64,000 nt of DNA from Methanothrix sp. (GTDB lineage Archaea > Halobacteriota > Methanosarcinia > Methanotrichales > Methanotrichaceae), in the NCBI GenBank assembly GCA_963682135.1, contig OY821645.1:1152001-1216000 (forward strand), in the 5' to 3' direction. Positions 1-12,179 of this stretch are shown here, one piece after another. Made by a program: the position numbers and the translations under genes. A model generated the notes under the pieces. The model was not told the origin of the DNA. It made no database searches and saw only the letters and a list, made by a program, of their open reading frames with translations. Each line of letters starts with the position of its first letter. Within the stretch, counting starts at the first letter, position 1.

Positions 1-1
1 G

Positions 2-994
2 GAGGCGTTAACAGACCCCTCTTACCACGGACAGATGCTCATGTTCACATATCCTCTGCAGGGTAATTACGGCATAAGCGGCGATGATATTCAATCTGAG
101 CGGATGTGGCCGCGCGCCATGGTAAGCCGGGAATACTGGGATCGTCCAACACACTACCGTCATGCAAAAACGCTCAACCGTTTCCTCATTGATGAGGGCA
201 AGCCTGGCTTATGTGATGTGGATACCCGCATGCTCACCTTGAAGGTAAGAGAGCTTGGTGTGATGAGGGCGACGCTTGCCGTTGGCGAGAGGAGAGATGT
301 GCAGGACCTGGATGTGGTGGCGATGGCCCGGTCCCAGGCAGATATCTCGGCGCAAGATCTGCTGGGGGATGTGACCTGCAAATCACCTTATCGCATTGAG
401 GGTCGTGGCCCTCGCATGACGGTACTGGATTTGGGCATTAAGAGGAATATTCTAAAAAGCCTTTCCTGCCGTGGATTCGATATAACTGTGCTTCCTGCGC
501 ATGCCGACATCACTCAGATCGAGGCGACAGCGCCGCAGGCTCTCTTTGTCTCTAATGGGCCCGGCGATCCTGAAAGAGCTACCCAGGCCATCTCTGCTGT
601 CCGACACTATGCGGGACAGATTCCCGTCTTTGGAATATGCCTGGGGCATCAGATCATATCCCTGGCTCTGGGTGCCCAGACCTTCAAGCTCAAATTCGGA
701 CATCATGGCGGCAATCAGCCCGTCAAAGACCTGGAAAAGAAGATTGTCTACATCACCTCTCAGAACCACAACTTTGCCGTACGGCCCGGATCTGTGGAGG
801 GCACGGATCTACAGATCACTCAACTGAATGCCAACGACGGTACGGTCGAGGGCATAAAGAGTGACAAGCTCGATGTTCTGGCGGTTCAGTATCACCCCGA
901 AGCCCACCCAGGACCACTCTGCACGGAAGACCCATTCTTTGGATCTGTCTTGAGAATTATGAATGGCAAGAATGGAAAAGCCGGGAGGCGATAG
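2..994 (+). CDS. carA: carbamoyl-phosphate synthase small subunit (5'-truncated by window edge)
   Basis: Frame is open from position 2 (EALTDPSYHGQ). Glutamine amidotransferase motifs SNGPGDP, GICLGHQ, SQNHNF and QYHPEA. Directly upstream of carB. Confidence 0.97.
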   Translation, partial: EALTDPSYHGQMLMFTYPLQGNYGISGDDIQSERMWPRAMVSREYWDRPTHYRHAKTLNRFLIDEGKPGLCDVDTRMLTLKVRELGVMRATLAVGERRDVQDLDVVAMARSQADISAQDLLGDVTCKSPYRIEGRGPRMTVLDLGIKRNILKSLSCRGFDITVLPAHADITQIEATAPQALFVSNGPGDPERATQAISAVRHYAGQIPVFGICLGHQIISLALGAQTFKLKFGHHGGNQPVKDLEKKIVYITSQNHNFAVRPGSVEGTDLQITQLNANDGTVEGIKSDKLDVLAVQYHPEAHPGPLCTEDPFFGSVLRIMNGKNGKAGRR

Positions 995-996
995 AG

Positions 997-4212
<3,216 letters not shown>

Positions 4213-4215
<3 letters not shown>

Positions 4216-4260
4216 AATTTGCATAGGGCCGGGCACGATGCCGGCCCTATGCAAATTTCA
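4213..4260. terminator. perfect 20-bp inverted repeat at the carB stop codon
   Basis: TGAAATTTGCATAGGGCCGG (4213-4232) and its exact reverse complement (4241-4260), with an 8-nt loop. Terminator role is inferred from position. Confidence 0.6.
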
Positions 4261-4283
4261 GTTTAGCTATTTTCAAGTCTGGC

Positions 4284-4298
4284 CGAAGACTTTATATG
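4284..4298 (+). promoter_or_regulatory. BRE/TATA promoter of the tRNA-Val/tRNA-Phe pair
   Basis: CGAAGAC-TTTATAT about 30 nt upstream of tRNA-Val. Confidence 0.6.
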
Positions 4299-4325
4299 CA
4301 AGTATGCGATAGGGAAGGTGCTTGC

Positions 4326-4399
4326 GGGCCCGTGGTCTAGCTGGTTATGACGTCGCCTTGACATGGCGGAGGTCATGCGTTCGAATCGCGTCGGGCCCA
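4326..4399 (+). tRNA. tRNA-Val(GAC)
   Basis: GGGCCCG/CGGGCCC-A acceptor stem, anticodon arm TCGCC-TTGACAT-GGCGG, T-loop GTTCGAATC. Confidence 0.97.
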
Positions 4400-4404
4400 C
4401 TTGA

Positions 4405-4477
<73 letters not shown>

Positions 4478-4523
4478 TGTATTTTTATGAAGTTTATTTT
4501 CCAAACAGATACTGCCCTTTTTT

Positions 4524-4660
4524 TGGCGGAGGTATTCGGGGTCGGGCTCTCGGAAGTTGATGAGATGATCCTGAGTCGCTTTGAATTTGAATTTGAAGCT
4601 GAGGAGATGAGATCCAAAGAGAGTGGATTATGGCCTCAAGAGCTGTGGGTGGGGAGGTGA
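4524..4660 (+). pseudogene. 5'-truncated copy of the small 'LAEVFGVGL.EVDEMI' protein gene (left-end repeat, copy 1)
   Basis: Aligns at DNA and protein level with 9238-9332 (LAEVFGVGLSEVDEMI...SKESGLWP vs LAEVFGVGLPEVDEMI...SKESGVWP). No own start codon; the listed ORF begins inside tRNA-Phe. Confidence 0.75.
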
Positions 4661-4664
4661 TTCC

Positions 4665-4730
4665 TCATTTCCAGAACCGCCACCATCCCTTTCCTGATCT
4701 CTTCCTCGACCGACTTCAGGGCAAACTGAG
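4665..4730 (-). pseudogene. orphan C-terminal tag ...EEEI.RKGWWRFWK* (WW tag copy 1)
   Basis: Minus strand GAGGAAGAGATCAGGAAAGGGATGGTGGCGGTTCTGGAAATGA, very similar to 10320-10362. Confidence 0.7.
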
Positions 4731-4785
4731 ACCGCCTAGATTGAATCCTATGCATTTGCAGAAGGGTAAGATATTTTGCAGTTGA

Positions 4786-5124
<339 letters not shown>

Positions 5125-5359
5125 CCTATTAAATATTAAAATATCTATTCGTAATGATAATATTATTGTCTCACGAATTCTCTGATTTTGCTTTTCTTTC
5201 CGGCTCCGCAGGGATCGGGTACAGATCTATATATCTTGTCTCCATATCTCTTCAATTCAATCTGCTTCTTTCCTTCTTGCCGTGGTTTGGCAAGTATCAA
5301 GAGGATACGATGACGCGGAGACTGTGGATGGCTTGACATTTCCAGACTGTTGCCGCCTT

Positions 5360-6649
5360 TTATCTCATATATTTCTTAGCAAAGGTGGCAATAAAACCTG
5401 CCCACAAAAATGTTCCTACTATCGTCTCTGCCATTGCCACATATGTGTACAAATCAGATGTTGTCTTATAACCTGTAGTTCCTGGATTAATGATGGCGGC
5501 GATATATCCTGGAGCAATGGCAGTGACAAAGCTAATTTTAATACAGTCTAATAAACCTGCAGCAAATTCGTTAGCTCCGATTATTCGGACTATCCCTTCC
5601 CAATGCCAGAAAAAGAGGCCAAAAGCTAGTACTATTGCACCCCAGGAGATCATGAGCCTCTTTGGATGTACGCCATATCCGAAGATTCCTTGGATGAAGA
5701 TCCATTCAAATCCATCATACCAGAGATATCTCCATAGGGATCTTGGGAGAGACCTCCTGATAGGCCATACTTCAGTCTTCAGACAATCAACCAAGCTAAG
5801 CGGTGAATCCCATCTGATCCCTCTGATACCTTTCTGTATCCGCTTTGCCTCCATCTCCCGATAGAAGTGATATTCCTCCCCATCTCTGTCGCCTGCCCTT
5901 GCCAATACGTTCTTTGCCGTTCTGCACGCATCTTCTTGAGATTCCGCAAGGTTGAATACAGCCTTTCGGAATGTCACATGATTTCCTTCAAATCTGACTC
6001 CGCCAAAGGGGCCGAAGTAAGCATGGCCGTTTAACCTGGCTTCCATGAAAGAAGCATCCTGGCTGAATGTGGCTCCACTGAAGATGGTAAGCTCCATGAA
6101 CGTGGCTTTGGTGAAGCTGGCATTCTCGCTGAACTTGACATTTTTGAAGCTAACACTACTGCTGAATATGGCTTCCCTGAAGAAGGCATAACTGTTGAAC
6201 ATGGCTTTCTCAAATAAGGCAGGCCCTCTGAATGTGACCCCATTGAAAGAGGCATTATCGCCGCTGAATGTAGCTCCGTTGAAGTAAGCATTCTCGCTGA
6301 ACGCGGCTTTGTCGAAGAAGGCATTTCTGCTGAACATAGTTCCGCTGAAGTCGATTTTTTTTTGGAACAGGCATTTAATAAAATTGACATTTCTATCGAA
6401 CTTCGAATTTGTGATCGTTATCGAAGAGGATACAATTCTATATTTGGCGGGTTCATTTCTTATGTACTCGCCATCTGATTCGGCCATCAAGAATTTTCTA
6501 ACATAAAAATTATCATATGTAGGCGCAATGTCAAAGTTGCCTAGTACCCTAATGTGATCATAGTTGGCAGGCTCGCCTTTCTGGATCTTGTCTAATATCT
6601 CGCTGGCGGGAATTTCCGTTAGCTCTTTTAAGCAATTTTCTTCTGTCAT
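5360..6649 (-). CDS. pentapeptide-repeat protein with C-terminal membrane segments
   Basis: Many A.F..A.F repeats (Pentapeptide_3 style), then YREMEAKR, GYGVHP and hydrophobic helices resembling a 2TM channel-like tail. Confidence 0.85.
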   Translation of the reverse strand: MTEENCLKELTEIPASEILDKIQKGEPANYDHIRVLGNFDIAPTYDNFYVRKFLMAESDGEYIRNEPAKYRIVSSSITITNSKFDRNVNFIKCLFQKKIDFSGTMFSRNAFFDKAAFSENAYFNGATFSGDNASFNGVTFRGPALFEKAMFNSYAFFREAIFSSSVSFKNVKFSENASFTKATFMELTIFSGATFSQDASFMEARLNGHAYFGPFGGVRFEGNHVTFRKAVFNLAESQEDACRTAKNVLARAGDRDGEEYHFYREMEAKRIQKGIRGIRWDSPLSLVDCLKTEVWPIRRSLPRSLWRYLWYDGFEWIFIQGIFGYGVHPKRLMISWGAIVLAFGLFFWHWEGIVRIIGANEFAAGLLDCIKISFVTAIAPGYIAAIINPGTTGYKTTSDLYTYVAMAETIVGTFLWAGFIATFAKKYMR

Positions 6650-7174
6650 CAGCCATCACCGCTACCAGCTCTTAGCCTTGGCCTATTCCTGTGATGTGGT
6701 AATGATAGCTGAATGGTGCTTTGGGTGTGCTGCACACCTGGCCACGATTCATAGCCTCATTCCCCGCTTTATACAATCCTAATCACCTCATCAGTCAGCC
6801 CGCAAAGCTCGTAAACCAGGGTGTCTATCTGGCGGTCGGTGGCCTCGATCTGGCGCGGGATGGCAGTCTGCTCGTGGGGCGTGCGGGCCTCTTGGAGCTG
6901 CTTGTGGAGAGGGAGCATCAGATCCACTTGGGTTTCATTGTAATAGCCGGATCTGTCGGAATCCCTATTGCACTCAAACCTTTCCACAAGGTCTGCTATC
7001 TCTTTAGGTGACGCCAATTCTCTGCTCCTCCACGCAGTTATTCCCTGTTCAGGCGAAAAAGCTTGCGGAGGATTTTGAGATATTTCAATCTCGTCCTTTC
7101 GTAATCCTTATAGCCTAGCAGCAAGCAGTCTCTACCATGGCTGGAGCAAGTGAAAAAGTCATCATCCAGGATGC
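6650..7174. repeat. ~525-bp direct repeat, copy 1 (decayed WW tag + collapsed R-M gene + divergent promoter + 13 shared codons)
   Basis: Colinear with 10320-10850, including the identical stretch TTATTCCCTGTTCAGGCGAAAAAGCTTGCGGAGGA. Confidence 0.92.
6769..7017 (-). pseudogene. internally deleted type IIG restriction-modification gene (N-terminus fused to C-terminus)
   Basis: MASPKEIADLVERFECNRDSDRSGYYNETQV (typical type IIG N-terminus) joined directly to DLML...QIEATDRQIDTLVYELCGLTDEVIRIV (typical C-terminal tail). All catalytic domains are missing. Confidence 0.8.
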
Positions 7175-7295
7175 CAACGATGCCGCCCTGAAGAAATTTG
7201 AGGCGGGCCTCGCCAGGAGCATAAAACAGTATAAAGCTGGTGAAGTGGAAGCCTTTGATGACAAAGATGAGTTTATAAGAACTCTTATCGAGTAA
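7137..7295 (+). CDS. probable antitoxin (52 aa, below ORF-track cutoff)
   Basis: MAGASEKVIIQDANDAALKKFEAGLARSIKQYKAGEVEAFDDKDEFIRTLIE; the stop overlaps the next ATG (TAATG). Confidence 0.7.
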   Translation: MAGASEKVIIQDANDAALKKFEAGLARSIKQYKAGEVEAFDDKDEFIRTLIE

Positions 7296-7543
7296 TGATA
7301 TATCACAATCACCGCACTCGGGAATTTAAAGAGAACTTCCAAAAGCTTACTCAAAAAAACAAAGCACTTGAAGTCAGGCTCGTTAAAAAGATCCTTCAGA
7401 TTCTCGATAATCCTTCGATCGGTGCTCCAAAAAGCCATAAACTGAGACATGCTCGCGGCTCGCATGTAGATCCTTATGTTATCGTTTATGGGATAAAGGA
7501 AGAAAGAATTCAATTTCTCCAATTGTGGAATTGCTATCTGTGA
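7295..7543 (+). CDS. RelE/ParE-family toxin (C-terminus possibly truncated)
   Basis: F...F.KL..KN...KKI.QI..NP.IG.P....LR..R..HV..YVIVY.I pattern; translationally coupled to an acidic small ORF. Confidence 0.75.
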   Translation: MIYHNHRTREFKENFQKLTQKNKALEVRLVKKILQILDNPSIGAPKSHKLRHARGSHVDPYVIVYGIKEERIQFLQLWNCYL

Positions 7544-7572
7544 ACTCTTTGAAATCAGATTGCTCAGAGCGA

Positions 7573-8007
7573 TTAGTCTGGTTTGGACAGTAACCAACCA
7601 TTGGCAGGTGTTTCGCTACCTTCAACAACTTTGATATAGCTGGGTTGTGGGTGGTTCTGAGCATCGACACAAATAGGCGAATTCTCTAATGAGTAATTCG
7701 CTATTCTGTTCAACTCATCCTCTCCAAGCATTTGCTCTATTATGCAATTATTCAAGCTCTCAAACGCCTCTACAAACATGGAATCGTCATTGATCGCATA
7801 GTAGTTGGCATTGCCGTGCCTGCTTGTAAGTTTCAGCACGTTCCATTTGATGAGCTTTTTTGTCACAGAGACCATGGTTTGGCGAGATATGCCTGTGCCG
7901 CGGGCAAGCTCGCTTACATTGAATTCCAGCCCCCGCAAAGGCAAGAGAAATTGAATTGCCCTTAGTTCGCTGGTGTCCCCCAACAGTCCTTCAAATGGTG
8001 CAGCCAT
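7573..8007 (-). CDS. winged-helix DNA-binding protein
   Basis: FNVSELARGTGISRQTM helix-turn-helix followed by a wing (RHGNANYY). Confidence 0.75.
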   Translation of the reverse strand: MAAPFEGLLGDTSELRAIQFLLPLRGLEFNVSELARGTGISRQTMVSVTKKLIKWNVLKLTSRHGNANYYAINDDSMFVEAFESLNNCIIEQMLGEDELNRIANYSLENSPICVDAQNHPQPSYIKVVEGSETPANGWLLSKPD

Positions 8008-8079
8008 AGATCCTCCGATAATTAATCTTAATCTTACCTCATACTATTTAGTGATTTTGACATCGATGTCAACTTAGAT

Positions 8080-8382
8080 TTACAACTTATGAACTCTTCT
8101 CGTTAGTATTCTACCCTCAGTTGCATTATATCCATGTTGATTTAATGCATGACAAGCCATAGGTAGATCTGAGATGTAATATTTGGTATCCTTCTTTGGC
8201 ATCGGCGCAATATAGCCTTTTCTTTGGAGCCCCCTCGCGGTATCTTCAGGATCTTTGTTGAACTTGGCTCTAAACTGCTTGGCGATCTGCCCTAAATTGA
8301 AGCTTCTATTACTCCTTACGCATCGGTTCATATATAATACGTTGAGAATGAATAGCTCATCCGTCTCCAGGGTACAAACCAT
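8080..8382 (-). CDS. hypothetical protein, possibly winged-helix (100 aa)
   Basis: ATG at 8382 preceded by GGAGGG; contains L..KGYI and KYYI patterns. Confidence 0.6.
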   Translation of the reverse strand: MVCTLETDELFILNVLYMNRCVRSNRSFNLGQIAKQFRAKFNKDPEDTARGLQRKGYIAPMPKKDTKYYISDLPMACHALNQHGYNATEGRILTRRVHKL

Positions 8383-8743
8383 CCCTCCAACACCTACCAC
8401 ATCATCATAAATAAGTTTTGATGGGGAAAAGGCTTTGGGTATCGCCGAAAAAGCTGTTGAAATTAATACAAGGTATATCCTGCTTATTATTCCCAAACTG
8501 CGGTATGCACGCCAAATAGCCTCTTCTAGCCCCTTGAAGTCTATGTGGTCTTAGACGTCTATCGCTTCCCGCTTGAATCCAGCGAAGCGCCTGGATAAAT
8601 TCGCTCCTCGTCCCCCGAGCCTCAGACGAGTTGTGAACCAGTGATTGCAACAATGAGGACTGAAGAATCCCTCCATCCGCTCCGAATCGGGATTATGCAG
8701 GCTCACACGCGCTGCCACAGCCGTGACCGCCTTATAAGATAGA

Positions 8744-8872
8744 TCAAATTCCTTCTTCCCGGCAGAACTCATCAAAGTCCATGTACTTGTCTTTCTCTTT
8801 GAGGAAACGCCTGTATTCCGCATCGGCATATTCTTCATCAGCAAGCACTTCGTTGGCAATTTCTGTTGCCAT
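8744..8872 (-). CDS. small acidic antitoxin-like protein (42 aa) between RelE-like N-terminal relics
   Basis: MATEIANEVLADEEYADAEYRRFLKEKDKYMDFDEFCREEGI. Upstream MAFKIAISLQAQKY and downstream SYKAV both resemble RelE starts that break off. Confidence 0.5.
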   Translation of the reverse strand: MATEIANEVLADEEYADAEYRRFLKEKDKYMDFDEFCREEGI

Positions 8873-9128
8873 ATTTAATTCGCCGCCCTCTTTCCTTCTT
8901 CTTTCGGGATTCTCCATGTATTTCTGAGCCTGAAGAGATATCGCTATTTTGAATGCCACAAGACCACCACTCTCTCAAACCCTTTTTGTATTTCTGCTTC
9001 TTGACGTTTTCGCCAATCAGCTCATCTTCTCATTTGTATCTTGTTTATACTTTCTAATGTGTAAATATGTTTTATTGATATTGTTTTCCGGCCAAACTAC
9101 TTAACCTTACACGTAGAATCTGCTCTTC

Positions 9129-9395
9129 ATGGCAGGAGTCCTTGAGCAGCCATTCAGGCCGCAGAAAAGAGCCGTGGAGCATTGCCCAACCGAAATGAGC
9201 CAGAAGGCCCAGGAGCTGGAGGCGGCCAGGGAGATTCTGGCGGAGGTCTTCGGGGTCGGGCTCCCGGAGGTGGATGAGATGATCCGGGGCCGGCTAGAGG
9301 CTGAAGGCTCAAAAGAAAGTGGGGTGTGGCCGAGGAATTCTCACAAGAATAGTGCTTATTTCCAAAATTGCCACCAATGCTTGACCTCTTCGTAG
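9129..9395 (+). CDS. small hypothetical protein (ELEAAREILAEVFGV family; left-end repeat copy 2)
   Basis: 88-aa ORF, paralogous to the fragment at 4524-4660; its 3' end runs into the convergent WW gene. Confidence 0.6.
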   Translation: MAGVLEQPFRPQKRAVEHCPTEMSQKAQELEAAREILAEVFGVGLPEVDEMIRGRLEAEGSKESGVWPRNSHKNSAYFQNCHQCLTSS

Positions 9396-9829
9396 ATTTC
9401 CCTGCATCTTATACCATTGATACTTCTTTTATCTCTGTATTCAGTAAGTTCTTTAAATCTTTTTTTTGATTTGGAATTATCATAAAAGTAAACCAGAACA
9501 ATCAGCGTCAGTAATCCCAAGAAAATTGGCGTCGTACCTCTGGGCATATCTGGCACTTCAAGGATCAAGAAAATCCATATGCAAGCTTCAAAGAAAACAA
9601 ATGCATAAACATCAGTCAATCCTATATTTTGATTTTTATCTTCCAAATATATTGCGCATTATAGGTGATTGCATTCGTTTTGCTTCTTAGGCCTCTTCTT
9701 CCATTCCATGCCGCATTTTGTGACGAATTTTTTGAAATAACCATATTCTCCGCGGGGAGTCCAATCTTCTCCGCATGAGGTCCTGTATTCTTTTATCTCT
9801 CCATTTTCTGTCTGTAGTCGGACTACCAT
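9356..9829 (-). pseudogene. two-TM membrane protein ending KHWWQFWK, interrupted by an in-frame TAA
   Basis: MVVRLQTENGEIKEY...NECNHL*CAIYLEDK aligns with MVVRLQTAEGKIKEY...EECNHLDCAIYLAEK of 9843-10307. The stop is at 9659-9661; RBS GGAGG upstream. Confidence 0.85.
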
Positions 9830-9842
9830 CCTTGTATCCTCC

Positions 9843-10307
9843 TTACCGCCAGAATTGCCACCAGTGTTTAGCCTTCGTTCCTTCCTGATCTTCAGAGATT
9901 TGGGTAGCCTTGATACCGTTGATTGTGCTCTTGTCTTGGTATTCGGTTAGATTTTTGAATTGTCTTATCGCACGGATTTCCCAGATTAAAAAGGCAAATG
10001 CCGCTAGAGTATAGAATCCTGATAACATAAGATAAAACTCTTGTCGTTCAAATCCAAATAGAATTAGCATGATTGCTGCAAACGTAATAAAAATCATAAA
10101 TATCACGAGCCCATGTTTCTTATTTTTTTCTGCTAAATATATTGCACAATCCAAATGATTGCATTCTTCATTTTGCTTGGGCTTATTTTTCCATTCAATT
10201 CCACATTTAGAAACGTATTTTTCAATAGGATAGTCTCCGCCGCCTATAATCTCTACGGTCTCGTATTCCTTGATTTTTCCTTCTGCAGTCTGTAATCGCA
10301 CCACCAT
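9843..10307 (-). CDS. two-TM membrane protein with Cys-containing N-domain and C-terminal KHWWQFWR
   Basis: 154 aa, two hydrophobic helices, tandem paralog of 9356-9829. Confidence 0.8.
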   Translation of the reverse strand: MVVRLQTAEGKIKEYETVEIIGGGDYPIEKYVSKCGIEWKNKPKQNEECNHLDCAIYLAEKNKKHGLVIFMIFITFAAIMLILFGFERQEFYLMLSGFYTLAAFAFLIWEIRAIRQFKNLTEYQDKSTINGIKATQISEDQEGTKAKHWWQFWR

Positions 10308-10319
10308 TCTTTGCTCTCC

Positions 10320-10427
10320 TTATTTCCAGAACCGCCACCAGCCCTTTCTCTTGGCCTCCTCCTGGCTAGGTGGCAATGATAACGGGCTGATGCTTTGGGT
10401 GAGCTGCGCCACCTGGCCGCTATTCAT
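10320..10427 (-). CDS. 35-aa ORF or gene-end relic MNSGQVAQLTQSISPLSLPPSQEEAKRKGWWRFWK
   Basis: Open ATG-to-TAA frame overlapping the stop of the collapsed R-M copy (ATGA). A degenerate equivalent lies at 6650-6752. Confidence 0.5.
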   Translation of the reverse strand: MNSGQVAQLTQSISPLSLPPSQEEAKRKGWWRFWK

Positions 10428-10694
10428 GGCCTCATTTCCCTCCCTTCCACAATCCTGATCTCCTCTTTCGTCAGCCCGCAAAGCTCGTAGACCAGGACGT
10501 CTATCTGGCGATCGGTGGCCTCAATCTGGCGCGGGAGGGCGGTCTGCTTGTGAGGCATGCGGGCCACTTGGAGCTGCTTGTTAAGAGTAAGCATCTGATC
10601 CACCTTGGACTTTGTTTTAATGGCCGGATTTGTGGGACTCCTTATTGTTTTCAAACCTTTCCATAAGGTCCGCTATCTCTTCGTGTGCCGCCAA
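10424..10694 (-). pseudogene. second copy of the collapsed type IIG R-M gene (stop plus frameshift)
   Basis: MAAHEEIADLMERFENNKESHKSGH*NKVQ / VDQML...QIEATDRQIDVLVYELCGLTKEEIRIVEG; same deletion junction as copy 1. Confidence 0.8.
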
Positions 10695-11031
10695 TTCTCT
10701 GCTTCTCCATGCAATTATTCCCTGTTCAGGCGAAAAAGCTTGCGGAGGAAATTGAGACATTTCAATCTCGCCTTTTGTAATCCTCATAGCCTAACAGCAA
10801 GCAGTCTCTATCATGTCCGGAGCCACAGAGAGTGCAGCTATCCAAGATGCTACAATCGGCGGGCACAGAAAGCTCCACTTGGAGACTCCCTCTCGTTCTA
10901 TTACACCGGCCATAGCAAACTGTATATATAATCATGATAGATCAGAGCCAGTCGGAGGGAAAGGCTATTAGTGCATCACCCACCATTCTAAGAAAGCCCG
11001 GCCGAAGACACCTGTCCTGGCCGATGGAGCT

Positions 11032-11271
11032 GTGACAAAATTGATCAAGAAAGCGAAGCATAGTGATGCCGTTATGACCGGCATTCTCGTTACCAAGTTC
11101 AAGATGGGCCAGATCGATGTCAAGGATCTGGAGCAGATGGCAGCCGATGCTACAAGAGTGGAGAGGTGCTCGGCAGCGAAGAAGGTGCTGGAGGCGTTGA
11201 GGGACTCGCCCGATTTTGTGCGCCAAGAAGCTTCGCAGTTGAACCGCAACGAAAACATAAAATTAGTTTAA
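11032..11271 (+). CDS. small hypothetical helical protein (start uncertain)
   Basis: 79-aa ORF with plausible composition, upstream of the SPFH gene. Confidence 0.4.
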   Translation: MTKLIKKAKHSDAVMTGILVTKFKMGQIDVKDLEQMAADATRVERCSAAKKVLEALRDSPDFVRQEASQLNRNENIKLV

Positions 11272-11314
11272 AATTTGAGGAATTAATTTGCGTACGACAA
11301 TAGGTGGAGAGATA

Positions 11315-12136
11315 GTGGAAATTAAATTGTCCAAACTATGGCCATTGCTGGTGATCTTGGCAGTCGTCGTAGTTGTGTTCTTTGGGCCGATCTATACAAT
11401 TGATGCAACCGAACGTGGTGTGCTTCTGACCTGGGGAAAGGTCAGCGATAAATCCATCGATCCGGGAATACATTTCCGAATTCCAATAGTGCAGAGCGTT
11501 GAGCGGTTCAATGTGAAGACCCAGAAATATGAAGCTGAGGGGACGGCTGCCTCCAAGGATTTGCAGACGGTCAATACCAAGGTGGCGGTAATCTACCATC
11601 TGAGGCCGGAAAGCGTGCCCAAGATCTATGCCGAACTGGGACAGTATTATGGCGAGAGCATTATCCAGCCCACCGTGCAGGAAGTGCTGAAGGCGAGTGC
11701 GTCCAAGTTCAGTGCCGAACAATTGATTACAAACCGGTCGACGGTGGCCAGCACCATCCAGGATTTGTTATCTTCGAGACTTCTACCCTACGGAATTGTT
11801 GTGGAGTCAACTGCTATCACTGACTTTAAGTTCAGCGATTCGTTTACCCAGGCAATTGAAGCAAAGGTGACCGCCTCGCAACAGATGCTAAAAGCGGAAA
11901 CTGATCTAAAGCGCATTCAGGTGGAGGCACAACAAAAAGTCACCCAGGCAAAAGCAGAAGCTGACGCATTGAATCTGCAAAAGCAAGCCATCACACCCGA
12001 ACTGATCGAACTGCGCAAAGTTGAGATGCAGACCAAAGCCGTGGAGAAGTGGGACGGCAAATTGCCAATGTACACAGGCGGCGCTATGCCCTTCCTGGAT
12101 GTGACAACGATAGCCTCGGCTGGTAAGACTGCCTAG
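11315..12136 (+). CDS. prohibitin / SPFH (band 7) family membrane protein
   Basis: N-terminal TM, GIHFRIP, ASKDLQ.V, F..AIEAK, coiled coil. GTG start after GGTGGAG. Confidence 0.95.
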   Translation: MEIKLSKLWPLLVILAVVVVVFFGPIYTIDATERGVLLTWGKVSDKSIDPGIHFRIPIVQSVERFNVKTQKYEAEGTAASKDLQTVNTKVAVIYHLRPESVPKIYAELGQYYGESIIQPTVQEVLKASASKFSAEQLITNRSTVASTIQDLLSSRLLPYGIVVESTAITDFKFSDSFTQAIEAKVTASQQMLKAETDLKRIQVEAQQKVTQAKAEADALNLQKQAITPELIELRKVEMQTKAVEKWDGKLPMYTGGAMPFLDVTTIASAGKTA

Positions 12137-12179
12137 ATGCCTTATTGCCAAGGCTACAAGGACTTGCTCCGCCGGGAGA

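Larger units (their letters stand above)
10320..10850. repeat. ~530-bp direct repeat, copy 2
   Basis: Colinear with 6650-7174. Confidence 0.92.
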
